NCBI RefSeq assembly: GCF_004010195.1
Contig: NC_057754.1
Coordinates: 5,200,327 to 5,245,503, forward strand
DNA: 45,177 bases
Origin: Chiloscyllium plagiosum
Taxonomy: Eukaryota
Direction of reading: 5' to 3'
Shown: positions 1 to 14,186 of the stretch, piece by piece
How positions within the stretch are numbered: position 1 is the stretch's first letter
How the letters are laid out: each line of letters starts with the position of its first letter
Notes under the pieces: generated by a model
Database searches by the model: none
Seen by the model: the letters and a program-made list of their open reading frames with translations, nothing else
Told to the model about the DNA's origin: nothing
Made by a program: the position numbers and the translations under genes

Positions 1-391
1 GAGGCTGAGGGGAGACCTTATAGAGATTTACAAAATTATGAGGGGCATGGATAGGATAAATAGACAAAGTCTTTTCCCTGCAGTGGGGAGGTCCAGTACT
101 AGAGGGCATAGGTTTAGGGTAAGAGGGGAAAGATATAAAAGAAACCTAAGGGGCAACTTTTTCACGCAGAGGGTGGTACGTGTATGGAATGAGCTGCCAG
201 AGGATGTGGTGGAGGCTGGTACAATTGCAATATTTAAGAGGCATCTGGATGGGTATATGAATAGCAAGGGTTTGGAGGGATATGGGCTGGGTGCTGGCAG
301 GTGGGACTAGATTGGGTTGGGATATCTGGTCGGCATGGACAGGTTGGACCGAAGGGTCTGTTTCCATGCTGTACTTCTCTATGACTCTATG
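1..391 (+). mobile_element. CR1-clade (HER1-like) LINE 3' end
   Basis: RLRGDLIEIYKIMRG...TRGHRFRV...RGNFFTQRVVRVWNELP is the CR1 ORF2 C-terminus; tail TCTATGACTCTATGA. Confidence 0.9.
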
Positions 392-421
392 AAGAAGAGA
401 GAGAAAGAGAAGAGAAAGAGA

Positions 422-511
422 GAAATCCACACATACAGTTGCCCGAGACTGGAACTGAACCCGGGTCCCTGGCACTGTGAGGCAGCGGTGCTAACCACTG
501 AGCTACCGTGC
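422..511 (-). mobile_element. HE1-type SINE head fragment
   Basis: Reverse complement of the tRNA-like head of 28139-28444. Confidence 0.7.
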
Positions 512-1639
512 AACCTATTCAAGCCACCATGGGGCAGGATGACAGATTTCCGGCCTTAAAGGACTACCTGATCGGTTATTTGTTCCAACAATCTGACAAT
601 GGTCCCCATTAATTCCACCAGCTGGCATGCTGGAATTTCAGACAAATCAGTCCAGAGCTCAAGGCTGGGCCTATGGATTATTAGCAAACAAAAACTGCTG
701 GAAAAGCTCAGCAGGCCCGGAATGCATCGATGGAGAGAAATCAGTTCCTCAGAACTGATGGTAGCTAGAAAATGGATAAAATGGGTAAGGAGTAAACAAT
801 AGTTGGAGATAGGGCCCAAAGCGAGAGAAGAATAGTTGGACAGACAAAGGAGTGGATAACATTCAGCCTGGGAGAATAAATAGCTGCTATCAGGGACAAT
901 TAGTGGCTAACAACGGGTGGTGTGCCCATGTGATAAGAAGACCTGCTGTGTGAGGGGGTTGGGGAGAAGTTGCCTGAAGCCCTAACATTGTTGAAATTGA
1001 GTCCAGAAGGCTGCAGACAAGTTCTTACTATGCCAGTTTTAGCCTTTGGGTTTTCCTAGCTTGTAAGGGTAACGAGACATTCACATTCCAGAACAGTCAA
1101 GATTAGGGAGCTGAGCTTCACAAATTCAAATCTGCTCAGTGTGGTATACGTGAGAATGTGTCAGGATTGTTCTATTATGTGCATATTCCACTCAGCTTAT
1201 TACATTACAAGTTCTTTTCCTATTGAGTATAAGTTTTGTTAAGAGTCTTCAATATAAACCAGAAACTCAGTTATGTACCATCCCATTGTGAAATACATGC
1301 AGCTTCCAGCCCTCAGGGTGAGAAGGAAGTACTGCCACACATTCCACAAGTGAACAAATGTTATCACCTTATCTACACCGATTGATGCTAAGAACAGATG
1401 TCCTTAATTCTACTGAACAAATGCCACCCCCCCCCATGGTCGAGCACTTTCCTGTATCTCCTGTAGCGGATGTGTTAGGCTACAAGCTTTCCCAGAGGTC
1501 CTTTGCTGAAGAACGTTAGTGAACCAGGTATTTTGTAAATGATAGTTGGCAATAGTTTCATAGCACCATTGCTGAAATGGGTTTTACATTCTTAGAGTTA
1601 TTAATTTAATTAAGAATTCCGTAAGCTGCCTTTCTTAAA

Positions 1640-2220
1640 AATGGAATTTGTGGGATGTGTGTGTCGCTGGCTGGGCCCAGCATTTCTTGCCTGTCTCTAG
1701 TTGCCCCTTGAGAAGGTGGGAGCGAGCTGCCTTCTTGAACCGCTGCATTCCATGTGCTATGGGTAGACCCACAATGTCGTTAGGGAGAGAGTTCTAAGAT
1801 TCTGACCCAGCGACACTGAAGGAAGGGCCGATGCATTTCCAAGTCCAGATGGTGAGTGGCTGGGAGGGGACTCGCAGGGGTTGGTGTTCTCAATTATCCA
1901 CTGCCCCTGTCCTTTGAGAAGAAAGTGGTCGTGAGTTTGGAAGGAGCTGTGAGGATATTTGGTGGATTTCTGCAGTGCACCTTGTAGATGGTACATGCTG
2001 CTGAGCGTCGGTGGTGGAGGGAGCAGATACTTGTGGGTGTGGTGTCAATCAAGCGGGGGCTGCTTTGTCCTGGATGGTGTCGAGCTTCTTGAATGTTGTT
2101 GGAGCTGTACCCATCTAGGGGCAAGTGGGGAGTATTCCCTCACACTCCTGACTTGTAGATGGTGGACAGGCTTTGGGGAGTCTGGCAGTGAGTTACTTAC
2201 CACAGTATTCCTAGTTCTCT
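1640..2220 (-). mobile_element. Second CR1/L2-group LINE family 3' end
   Basis: Colinear with 40090-40670. Confidence 0.8.
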
Positions 2221-4190
2221 GAGGAGTTTTTTTAAAAAACCATGGATCCACTGTGTATACTAGCTCCTTTTCCAATCCTTCACTTCCTTTCCTTTAGATG
2301 CAACTGAACACGCTCATGTCCCCACCAACCTGACCAGTGCTAATATTGCACGTAAAATTTATGTATAGGGACATGTTGTAGAAACATAGCAGGCCTAGAA
2401 TTAATGTGTAAAGCCTGATACGACTCTTCTTCAGAACTGAAGAGCTCTTCAGAAAAAGTGTCATATCTCTCTCCACAGTTGCTGGCAGACCTGATGAGTT
2501 TCTCCTGCTTTTTTGTGTTTATTTTACATTCCCAACATCCACAGTAGTTTGCTTTTATATGTATGTAAGGTATTTTATTAAATTTGTTCCTTGCCATTCT
2601 GAAAAGGAGTCCTCTTTTTCACTGTCTCTCCCTCCACATCCTCAAACATTTTCATTCAGCGTATTTTTTTTAAAATGTCCCTTCTGGGTTTTATTCCCCA
2701 TTATCCATTCCTTATCCTCCAGCCCGTGGAATTTTCTCAGTTGACAGGCTTCTGCAAAACTGCAGGAATCAATGAGCCGGGAACTCCATTATCCGTGATT
2801 AGGCTCTTAAACTTGACGATAACAAAAGCCCAGTGTGTGATGAATGGGAACTGATTGTATTTACAGTGGAGGGATGGTGGGTGGGTATGATTATTGGCAT
2901 GGCAAGCTCACCCAGGAGTTCAAATGGTGCTCATAAAACTGTCAGTGAATCAAAACATGAGTGGTTTATTGTCTTCTGTGCCCGATGACGAATCAACCAC
3001 TTGCACCCCAACACACATTTGTGACTGATTATGATCTGATTAAACATTAAATCTAAATTGCCAGTGCCATCTGTGGAAGCCCTTTTTTATTAAAAACCTC
3101 TTTTCCTGTCCCCCCACTCCTTTCCTCTCTGCCCAGCATACAATACAGTTGTAAAGTCCCACCATTTGTGAATTTGCTTAACTGCTCCAAAATAATGTAC
3201 ACCACCTTCCCCCCCTCCCCCATTATGCAACCAATCTTCACTTATTATTGATTTGATTTGTTATTGTCACACGTACCTAAGGACGGTGAAAGGTTTTGTT
3301 TTGCGTGCAGTATCAGCAGATCATAACATACAAGGACATGCAAATCACAGGGTGATTGAATAAGTGATGCACACAAAAAGTTATGGCTACACTGGAGGTA
3401 CTTAGGATCGAGTTTCAATCGTTCTGCACTTTTGAACGACATGTGAGAATAAGATCTGCTGTAGGGAGCGTGCAAAGAGTCCACCTGTATTGGCACCATC
3501 TTGAGCAACACAACTTTCAGGAGAGAGAGAAATCTGAGACGATCAACAACTAGATAAAAATTAAGATACAGAAGACGCTTGCATGTGTGCATCGTCTGTC
3601 ATGTTTATTGGAATGTTTGTATGTGGGTAGACTTTGCTGGAGAGCCCTTGGTAGGGATTTGAGACTAATTTTATATTTCCTCTTTTATTGAGCAGTTTTT
3701 CCAGCAGGATGTCTTTGTATTTATTGGAAGCGTTTTTCTTCCTGTGTCAAATTTTGGGACATTATGGGGAGACAGTGACATGTTGTTTATGCCAGTGGGC
3801 TAGTAAGCCAGTAATCCACCACTTCAACACACCACTGTGTTCCCTGGCCAACATCTCAGGCTTGCTGCAGCGCTCCAGCGTAGCTCAGCACACGCTGGAA
3901 GAGCATCACCTCAATTGGCCTGGCTGGATCAAGGGTGTCCCACTTGGATGTGCATGTAGCTTAGTTAGTCAAGCGTACACAGACCTGTCAGTCAGTCAGT
4001 TTCTCTTCCTCTGCAAACCTTTGCCATTTTATTGCTTCTTATCGGATGAAGGACATGTGGCGTTTTTGTAATTTTAATCCCAAACTCTGTATACAGACAG
4101 CAGCAATAGGGGAGCAGCCTGAGAGAGCTCTGAGGGGGTAAGAGCTGATGCTGCTCCTCTGCTAAAGCCTGACTTGTAGGAACGTACAAG

Positions 4191-4340
4191 GCAAAAGTGA
4201 GGACTGCAGATGCTGGCAACCAGAGTTTCGATCAAAGTGGTGTTGGAAAAGCACAGCAGGTCAGGCAGCATCGACGTTACGGGCAAAAGCCCTTCATCAG
4301 GAATAGAGGGAGGAAGCCTCCAGGGTGGAGAGATGAATAG
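4191..4340 (-). mobile_element. Penelope-like pLTR fragment, mutated hammerhead
   Basis: Same family as 16448-16638. Minus strand CTGATGAAGGGCTTTTGCCCGTAACGTC (GAAA>GTAA). Confidence 0.75.
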
Positions 4341-5079
4341 CATTTTTGTTTTTCTTTTTTTTTTGTTCTCTCTCTCTCTCTCTCCTTTGATCTAAAACCT
4401 TGTAGGTATCTAGTTTAAATTATTACCTTTATTTAACCAATAAACTGTGGCCACCACAGAGCACAATCTCCAGGATGAACCAAGAGAGGCTACAGTTCGA
4501 GTCCATCAGGGATTCCCTGAGCTGTCTCGAACAGGTACTTTAAACACATCTGCTGCCTGTATACAGTCTGACGGCTCTACAGCAAATGTGGTTTACTCTT
4601 AATTGCCTCCTGAAATGGTCAGCCAAGCCAATGAAAGATGGCCAACAGGGATTGGCAAGGTGCTCATACCTCATAAAAGGATGAATACTCAAGATCTTTG
4701 CAAGCTTCAACAACTCTGAGCGCACAAAACAAAAACTATTACTGTTATATTAAGCAAAAAATTGCAGCTGTTGGAAATCTGAAACAGAGAGAACGCACTG
4801 TAGAAATTCAGCAGGTCTGGCAGCAACCGTGGAGAGAAAGAGAGTGTGTTAATGTTTCGGGTCCAGTGACTCTCCACCTGACTGTGACCTCTTACAGAAT
4901 TAGCAAGTACACTCTGACAGCTTGTGCAGTAAATGTAATTTTGGGCCCAAAGGAAACATTTTTGGAGGTTGAAATTGACGTACACACACCTCTATACAGC
5001 CCAGGGGAGAGAAATCGTGGGCCTTAGTGCTTTTATTGTTTGCAGGGCCCCTTCCACCTGCTAACCCCAACCTTTAACT

Positions 5080-5530
5080 CTGAAAGCAAAATCTGCTGGA
5101 GATTACAGCAGGTCAGGCAGTATCCAGAGACAGAAAGCAAAGTAACGACTTAAGTCTAGATGACTCTTCATCAGAGCTCTGACAAAGCATTATCTCAACT
5201 CAAAACGGTAGCTTGCTTTCGTAGAAATCATAGAATCCCTATGGTATGGAAGCAGGCCATTCAGCCCCTCGAGTCCACACCAACCCTCCAAAGAGCACCC
5301 CACCCAGACAGAGACTCTCTTCCTATCCCTGTAACTCCGCATTTCCTATGACTAACCCACATAGCCTGCACATCCCTGGACACTATGGGCAATTCAGCAT
5401 GACCAATCCACCCTAACCTGCACATCTCTGGGCTTTCTCTCCATGGATGTTGCCTGGTCCGCTGTGATTTCCAGCACTTTGTGTTTTCAGTACAGATTCT
5501 AGCATCTGCAGTAATTTACTGCAACCTTTA
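5080..5530. mobile_element. Old inverted Penelope-like pLTR pair interrupted by an HE1 SINE tail (5222-5430)
   Basis: Palindromic centre TCAGAGCTCTGA. Degenerate arms resemble the 16448 family; related remnants at 688-1020, 2395-2552 and 4755-4880. Confidence 0.55.
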
Positions 5531-6463
5531 ACTCTCCTCCTCACATTCTTCATAATTGGGAACTGGGATCCTCCCTCCCCCCAACATTATGTAATGCCGT
5601 CAGAAAACAAGGGTCTTCTGTAATGTGTTAACATTGGGGTATTTGGGCTCACACAGAAGAGCCTATGGAAAAACATTAATACCCTTTGCAATTGTTAACC
5701 TTCTATTACATTGAAAGTCCCAGCCTTTTGAAATAATTCATTCTTTAGTCTTCCTGGCATTTAAATTGCACGAGAAACAGGCAAATAAACCTGCTTTCTT
5801 CTAACGAAATAACCAACTCCCTTCTACATATGAAAGCCATCATCCAAGATACAATTTCCACAGACTGATGTGATGACAATGCATTAAATGTGACATGTGC
5901 AAAGTTACTACCATTCCCAACACATCTCTGATTTAACTTAAATAACTGACAGTGTCTATGGAGACACCTATAATGAATAGTCCCTGAACAATCACAGCAT
6001 TAAGCTTGAGATTCCACATTTTTTCGTAACAAATACACTACCTCAGAAATACCCAATTTTCCTAGTTACGTAGCTAAGTATTCCTTTGTTGTCAGATTTA
6101 AAACTGCTCAATTTTTTTGCAGTCTCATTCTCTTCACCCGTTGCAACCTACCCGTTTTCTCTATCAATGCTTGTAATTTGCCCCCAACTCTCCCCACTCC
6201 GTTTGCAGCATCGCTTTCTCACTCTACCCTTTGATGCAGCTTCCCCATCTCCCCTCCCCAACCTACTCATCCCAGTTCTTGATTATTTCCCCATCTCCCT
6301 TCCACAACCCAACTACTGGGTCTCCCCCTCCCCCCTCTCCCCTCTCCCGCTGCAGTATCTTATGCTTCTCCTGCCTCACCCTCCACAAACAGGTACCTCT
6401 TAGGCCCAGTCCTGCTACAACCACCCCCCATCCCCACCATGTATCTCCACAGGCTGGACAGGT

Positions 6464-6840
6464 TCACAGTCCCTGGAGTATCAGAGGCTAAGGGATGACC
6501 TTACAACGTCATGAGGGGTGAAGATAGGGTGAATGACCAAGATCTTTTCCCCGGGGTGGGGGAGTCCAAACTAGAGGGCATAGGTTTAAGGTGAGAGGGG
6601 AGAAATTTAAAAAGATAGGCAACAATGTTTTCACACAGAGGATGGTGCATGACTGGAATGAACTACCAGAGGAAGTAGTGGGGGCTGGTATAATTACAAC
6701 ATTTAGAAGGCATCTGGATGAGTCCATGAATAGGAAGGGTTTAGAGGGATATGGGCCAAATTGATATATAATTATTTAGGATGTCTGACCAGGATGGACA
6801 AGTTGGACCAAAGGGCCTGTTTCCACGCTGTATGACTCTG
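6464..6840 (+). mobile_element. CR1 (HER1-like) LINE 3' end
   Basis: Homologous to 1-391. Confidence 0.85.
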
Positions 6841-8454
6841 TGGCTGAACCTACCAACAGCAAGCACAGGAGAAGACCACCCTATGACTGGAGGAGCAACA
6901 ATTCCCCCAGACACTTCCTCATACAATGCCCCAATGTATCTCTGGCATTTTGGGAGATTAATTTGCCCCTGCTCTAGCATACTTCGATGGACAATGCACC
7001 CAGGTTGCCCTAGAACCACAGCAAGCATGTAAACCCCTCTCCTGGGCCCTGCAGACACACACACACAAAAACAAATATCAACCTCAGCTTGGAGTACAAA
7101 CTCACTGAACATCCTTAGTGCTTGCTAGATGTCCGATCAGTGTCTCTTATTTGTCACATGCTCCAAACAATAACCCAGGAACTGCCAGTTTGTAGGAACC
7201 TTACAAAAATATTAACTCGCTCCCATGATGGAAAAGATTACCAGAATTCAGCTCAACATGGTCAACCACCTTCAATGGACCAGGAAGTAGCAGTTACTTT
7301 GCTCAGCAATTAAACGACGCAACTAGAAGGCTCTTGCAGCACAGTGGGTAGTGTCCCTACCTCAGGGCCAGTAAGGCCATTTCAGGACCCACCTGCCCCA
7401 GAGGTGTGTCATTTGGTGTCCAAACAAGTTTATTAAAAAGTATTAGCCACTCAACTAATTGTAATGATCCATTGTTCAGGGGTGTGTAGGTTAGGTGTAT
7501 TCATCAGGGAAAATAGAGTAATACGGTAAGGGAACTCGTCTGGGTGGATTACTCTTCGGAGGGTCGGCGGACTTGTTGGGCCAAATGGCCTGTTTGCACA
7601 CTGTAGGGATTCTATGATTATACCTCTGGCTATCAGTATCGAGTGTTGTCAAATTGCAGCCAAAGCCAGAAGTCCTAGTGATGAGACAGACACTTAGGAT
7701 CGAGGATGACCTGCTTCCTCATTGGCCAGTTGTGTCCAGAGGTCCAAGGCGCGAGCCACAGACTCTGCCCCATTCAGGACAGGCAGAAGATGGGGCAGAG
7801 ATTGGCGCACTCTCTCCAGCTCATCGACAGTGTGCTCCCAGAGTAGTCTCTCAATGGGTTTAGGTGCCTTCTCAAATGAATCTTGGTCAGTCACAAGCCC
7901 GGCACTCCCATAAGTTGGCAGAAACATTAAAGCTCTCCAGAGAGATGCTTTAGAGAGGGCACATCCACTCGAACAAACTCAGAGTAGGGCAAGTTGACTC
8001 AGGAGTCAGTCAATGTATGCTGCCCAGTGCAGTAATTCACCGCTCACCAACTGAGTAGCCATTCTTCATCGTAATCCAAAAAGCTGTTCAACTGGGGAGG
8101 CATGACAACGAACTGTGAATTCGATCAGCTAAATGGCCTGCTTCCATGCTCTAGGAATTTTATGAAAGAGTAGTTATGAGGTGTCATTGTGAATTGATTT
8201 AGAGCCAACCCAAACTGAGGGGCCAAAAGCCATGATCTTACTGAATGGCGGAGCAGGCTCGAGGGGCCAAATGGCCTACTCCTCTTCCTATTTTTGTATT
8301 GTCTAAGAAAACTGCATTGTTCTGTTAACTCCACAGCCGTACAAAGTTCACAGCCATTAGTTTCTTCATCAAAATGCTTTAATCCAAAACAAAGGCAGAG
8401 ATGCTGTGCAGGAGGTTCTGCACAAAACACAAGTGTCTTACAGGTCTACAGCAT

Positions 8455-8790
8455 GGAAACAGGTTCTTCGACCCAACTTATCCATACCACCCAGTTTTCA
8501 CAATTAACCTAGTCCAATTTGCCTGTGTTTGGTCCATTTCCCTCTATACCTATCCCATCCATCCACCTACCTATCCAAAATGTTTCTGAAATGACAAAAT
8601 TGTATTCGCCTCCACTACCACAACTGGTATGCACTCATCACCTTGTGTGTGAAAAATATTGGACCCATCTGTGTCTCTCCCCTCTCATCTGAAAACCGTC
8701 TACTTTTAGACTCCCCTTCCATGGGGAAAAGCTGTTGGCTATTCTACCTTACCTTTGATTTTATAAACCTTGAGAAGTTCACCCCTCAGA
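8455..8790 (-). mobile_element. Degraded CR1 3' end
   Basis: Reverse homology to 1-391, with deletions. Confidence 0.65.
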
Positions 8791-9400
8791 GTGTGAATGC
8801 AGGGAGTAAACTGCGGTTGATCCAGGTGGCAGACACGGAGAGCAGCCTTACAGCCACCACACCCTCCAGTGTAGCAAACAGTGCAAGTTGAAACCACAAA
8901 GTTTACTGGCTTGGCCGAGGCAATGGAAACACTCTGTGGTGATGCATTTCCACCCAGCTTCCTGTAAGCACTGGGAACTGACTTGCCAATTCAGCTTCTC
9001 CACAACAAACAGCCACTCGCTTCTCTAAAAAAAAAATTGCAGCTGCAGAAATCACATCGGAAGGCAGCTGGGGTAAAGAGGAAGTTAAAGAGTGTGGGTG
9101 AAAAGGAAGGCCACAAGAAGAACTACAGATCTGAAGAGGCATCAGTTTAGATGTCAACCCGGACAGAACACAGGAAGTGAGAGATTTCATTCATTCGAGT
9201 CAGAAAAATATTTTGATGGCCAGAGCGGTGTAGAGGATCATTTTCAGAACCCGGTCCCGAATCAAACGCAAGGAGATAGTTTCTGTGCAATATTCCAGGG
9301 GAGTGGCTGTGTAATGGCCTATCAGTATTATCGCTGGACTGTTAATTCAGATACTCAGGTAACACTCTGGGAACCTGGGTTCAAATCCCGCCATGGCAGA

Positions 9401-9932
9401 TAGAGTCATGGAGTCATAGAGATGTACAGCACCTCCGGTTCAACTCATCCATGCCGACCAGATATCCCAACCCAATCTAGTCCCACTTGCCAGCCCATAT
9501 CCCTCCAAACCTTTCCTATTCATATACCCATCCAGATGTCTTTTAACGGTTGTCATTGCACCAGCCTCCACCACTTCCTCTGGTAGCTCATTCCATACAT
9601 GCACCACCCTCTGCGTGAAAAAGTTGCCCCGTAGGTCTCTTTTATATCTTACCCCCCTCACCCTAAACCTATGCCTTCTAGTTCTGGACTCCCCCACCAC
9701 AGGGAATAGACCCTGTTTATTTACCCTATCCTCCCCCACCACAGGGAATAGACCCTGTTTATTTACCCTATCCATGCCCCTCGTGCTTTTATAAACGTCT
9801 ATAAAGTCACCCCTCAGCCTCCGACGCTCCAGAGAAAACAGCCCCAGCCTATTCAGCCTCTCCCTATAGCTCAAATGCAGCAACCTGGCAACATCCTTGT
9901 AAATCTTTTCTGAACTCTTTCAAGTTCCACTC
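9401..9932 (-). mobile_element. CR1 (HER1-like) LINE 3' end with 42-bp tandem duplication (9690-9773)
   Basis: LSYRERLNRLGLFSLERRRLRGD...; DRVNKQGLFPVVGE occurs twice. Confidence 0.9.
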
Positions 9933-9945
9933 TCCAGTAAACTAT

Positions 9946-10810
9946 TTGGTTCTCCAAATCATGACCACCATCGACAACACTAACTGCCGACCTAAAGTGG
10001 AGAGGATCTCCAAGGAGATCAAACATATCGACACAGACATCAAGTTTCCACAGAATTGCACTCAAGCAGGAAAGATCCCAAAAGGATTACGGATCACAAA
10101 CCCACTCAAGTCAACCTACACGGAGAGACTTTGCCACCACAGCTCTCGCAAACTCCTCAATCATCTTGTGCACCAACTCTACAACAGGCGCCACAACCTT
10201 GAAATTAAGATGGAGTCCACACTCTCAGCCTGCACTCAGGATACAGCAGTACAGTTATGGGACATTGCCAAACAGACAAGGCGACAAAACTACACCACGT
10301 ACACGCACACCAAGAAGAAGAAACGGGATAAACTTGGCATCACCAGCAGTAGCCAAGCCCACCCTGGCACCACAATGGATAATGTTATCACCACGGGGAA
10401 GTCAATTGTCAACTTATTGGACCACACCCTTCAACCGCAAGAGACTGAAGTTCTTAGCAGGGGTCTCAATTTCTGCCAAAATGGACCCCATGGTTCTTGC
10501 AGCAGACACGGAAGAATTCATCAGATGAACAAGACTCCAGGAATTCTTTCAAGATGCCAGCAGTGGTCCCAATGAGCCCACCGACAAACCAGAACAACCA
10601 TCACAGGAATCCGTAGAGAAGCGACCAAAGAAGGGGTGAACTTGGACCCCACTGGAAGACTGCTGCCCTGGGCTTGACAAGTACGCTCAAACTGTCAGGA
10701 AATATATAAATGCCAGATTCACCAGCCGTACCGAAAAAGTAGAGCAGAAGATCACCTGATCACAATGCTCTCAAAACCAATCACAACATTGTCATCAAAC
10801 CAGCAGAACC
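9946..10810 (+). mobile_element. Penelope-like element ORF N-terminal remnant (frameshifted)
   Basis: IPKGLRI, SIVNLLDHTLQPQETEVLSRGLNFC and terminal NIVIKPA resemble the region preceding the PLE reverse transcriptase. Confidence 0.75.
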
Positions 10811-11411
10811 AGCATCTCCAAATCCTGGGGTGAATGAATGAACGATTACTTTTATTGTCGCACATACCTTGAAGAAACAGTGAAAAGTGTTGTCGCCAAA
10901 ATCCGGTGCAATTGTGAGTTACGAAAAGAATAAAAAGAAATTATCTAAATAAGAGTTTTTATCTTCTGTGTAAGTTGGGTCTCAATCATGGCTTCTGCAA
11001 GGTCTCTCAAAAGTGTTCCAGTCCTCAAGGAGTCCCACTCCAGGAAGAGCAACAACAGTGCCACAGGCTTTACTGCCACCTAATTCCGCAAAGAGCCACC
11101 GCTCTGGGCACTACCACATCGGGCTCAGGCTCTGGGCCCAGCCACTGTCAAAAGTCCCGATCCATGCCACCAATGATGCAGCGACCGTCCCAAAGATGAA
11201 GAAAGAAAAGAAAAAGACAAAGATGAAATGTACATAGAGACACAGATGCTGCCGGCCTCGCGTGGGCGGGCTCTGACAAGCCCAGAAACTACCTACCATG
11301 CCACCATCTTGGATTTACCATCATCAATTATTTTACGAAAAAGAAATTTACAGCACAGCTAAGACAAGGCCCCACAGTTGAATCATGGCAAAACCTGCAT
11401 TTTGGCAATTA

Positions 11412-11620
11412 CAACGTATTAACTCTCTAATTTCAGTACAAGGGCACACAAAACAGAAGATGCCCCTCACTCTGCACAAAATGTTCAATGGCTGTGGTGT
11501 AAAATTATGTCCCAACACATGTGTGAATCATAATGTAACCAACGTATTAACTCTCTAATTTCAGTACAAGGGCACACAAAACAGAAGATGCCCCTCACTC
11601 TGCACAAAATGTTCAATGGC
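11412..11620. repeat. 81-bp perfect direct repeat with 47-bp spacer
   Basis: 11412-11492 is identical to 11540-11620. Confidence 0.9.
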
Positions 11621-11733
11621 CCATTGGAGACCACAAAGCAGGAGATGCTGTACCCTGTGTGAAACCATGTAACCGGTGGACACCACAGGACAATGTGCAC
11701 ACGCATTGTGACTCATGAAACTTATTGTGACAA

Positions 11734-12873
11734 TGTTATGACTTTGGAAGGTTATTTTTGCCCCTTGTTTTCTGAAGAGAGGCTGTAAGGCAGAGGTGTC
11801 GAGCAGCCTGGGGTATTGTAAACAGAGTGGGAGACCTTGTGTTTTGTTTAACAGCCTGAATGGGTGTGACCAGCTCGCCCAGATCCAGATTTCTGGGTTT
11901 TGGGTTTTATTTCCAGTAGCTTCAGAACCTATTGGGGTCTCAATGGGGTTGGAAGCTTCAGTGAATGTCTCCTGGCTGCTCCTCTCTCTAGGTTTTCTCT
12001 TGATGGGAGAACTGCATGTGAGTGTCTGAATTTGTCTTTTAGCCAACGGGTGTGCATATGGGATGTTACTATACTGGAACAGTTAGTTAGTAATGGTTAC
12101 TGTATCTATTATTGTTAACTTTTCCAATAGAGTTTTTATTCTAAATTCCTTTTCCTTTGGTTGTACTTTTAACTACAGTGTTTAAATAAATTGTGTTTTG
12201 CTTAACGCCAAATAGTTTAACTAGTTGCATTGCATCTGGAACATACGACATAGAAAAGTACAGCACAGAACAGGCCCTTTGGCCCACGATGTTGTGCCAA
12301 GACTTAATCCTGATGTAAAAAATAATAACTTAACCTACGGACCCCTCAACTCACTGCTATCCATGTGATGTCCAGCAGTCGCTTAAATGTCCCTAATGAC
12401 TCTGCTTCCACCACCACCGCCGGAACACATTCCATGCATTCACAACTCTCTACATAAAGAACCTACCTCTGACCTCTCCTCTATACCTTTCCCCTAATAT
12501 CTTAAAACTATGACCCCTCATACCTGTCAATCCTGCCCTGGGGAAAAGTCTCTGGTTATTGACTCTATCTATTCCTCTCATTATCTTGTATACCTCGATC
12601 AGGTCACCTCTCTTCCTCCTTCTCTCCAGGAGAGAAAAGTCTGAGCTTATTCAACCTTTCTTCATAATGCAAGCCCTCCAGTCCAGGCAGCATCCTGGTA
12701 AACCTGCTTTGCACCCTCTCCAAAGCCTCTGTATCTTTCCTATAGCAGGGCGACCAGAACTGGACACAATATTCCAAGTAATATTCACATTTGCCTTTTA
12801 AAAGTAAGTAAAGGTTAGAGTCGAGACTATCACCTTAAAATATTTTGAGGGGGCTTGGTCTGGTCCACGACCA
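11734..12873 (+). mobile_element. Probable solo LTR interrupted by a CR1 3' fragment (12250-12785, minus)
   Basis: Starts TGTTATG, internal AATAAA near 12185, ends GGTCTGGTCCACGACCA (degenerate complement of the start). No clean TSD. Confidence 0.4.
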
Positions 12874-13111
12874 TATTGGTGGTGCAGTCCTCCCATACTG
12901 GGTTCTGCACTGATGATTTCAGGCTCAGATCCCAGAACAACTCCAGCCATGCATTATGCGGTGTACCCACACCGGGAATACTGAAGCAGCAATGGCACCA
13001 TTCTCCAGCACATTTAATCAATCATTTTTTTTCCCCGTTTCTTTTATTAATTCTCTATATTCGACAAGCACGCTTTGGTCCCGAATACGTAACAGCAGAA
13101 GCGTCACTTAC

Positions 13112-13161
13112 AGCTTTTTGGCCATCTCGGGGAAATATTTTGCTTTCGTCTTGAAGACTAC
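13112..13161 (-). CDS. GPR137: GPR137 second coding exon (50 nt, VVFKTKAKYFPEMAKKL)
   Basis: Acceptor ttcattccag|GTAGTC and donor CT|GTAAGT. In frame with the preceding phase-0 exon. Peptide matches the VVFKAK...PEM segment that follows FAQ in GPR137. Too short for the ORF track. Confidence 0.92.
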
Positions 13162-13473
13162 CTGGAATGAAAGTTTTAAAAACGCGATCACTCAAAGCAA
13201 AACGTGGTAGAAATCACAGCAGGGAATGAACAGGATTGATATGGGGAGTGGGAGGAATGAGCAAACACCTCCTGCACCAGAAGCCGGCTGTGAAGAAGTC
13301 CCGCCTTTGACCACATTGCTGAATGCTCACCCTCCTAATTAAGAAGCAAAGCAATGGAAACAAGTTCCCCAGTAACGTATAGAATGGTAAAGTAACTTCG
13401 CTTTCTATCGTTTCTTTGGTGGCATTTGCTGGAACTAATTGCTGACTCGTATGCATTCGGCTGTTTAACTTCC

Positions 13474-14186
13474 GTAGAGTCAGAGATGTACAACAAGGAA
13501 ACAGACCCTTTGGTCCAACTCATCCAGATATCCTAAATTAATCTAGTCCCATTTGCCATCACTTGGCCCATATCCCTTTCAACCCTTCCTATTCATCCAT
13601 CCAGATGCCTTTTAAATGTTGTCATTGTACCAGCCTCCACCACCTCATTCCAGACACGCACCACCCTCTGCGTGAAAACGTTGCCTCTTACATCCCCTTT
13701 GTATCTCCCTGCTCCCCCTTCACCTTAAATTTATGCCCTCGAGTTTTGGACTCCCTTATCCTGGCTATTCACACTATCAGTGACCTTCATGATTTTCTAA
13801 ACCTCTATAAGGTCACTCCTCAGACTCCAGTGCTCAAGAGAAAGTAGCCCAGCCTATTCAGCCTCTCCCTATAGCTCAAACCCTCCAACCCTGGAAACAT
13901 TCTGGTAAATCTTTTCTGAACCCATTCGCAGCTTCATAACATCCTGCCTATAGCAGGGAGACCAGAATTGAACACAATATCCAAAAGTGGCCTCATCAAG
14001 GTCCTGGACAGCCACAACATGACCTCCCAACTCCTATACTCGATGCAATTGATTATAAAGGCAGGTGTACCAAACGTCTCTTTCACCACCTTGTCTGCCT
14101 ACGATTCCATTTTCAATTAAGTATGAACTCGTACTCCAAGGTCTTTGTTCAGCAAAACTCCCCAGGACCCTACATTAAGGGTATAA
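13474..14186 (-). mobile_element. CR1 (HER1-like) LINE 3' fragment
   Basis: Reverse homology to the CR1 ORF2 C-terminus. Confidence 0.85.

Noticed and set aside
9946..10575. 209-aa ORF as a host gene
   Set aside because: Frameshifted Penelope-like ORF remnant, with no splice or promoter context.
1..13111. GPR137 coding exon 3
   Set aside because: Searched by eye for the expected FL.VN..CAV...YLE.K segment and found none; it probably lies left of the window.
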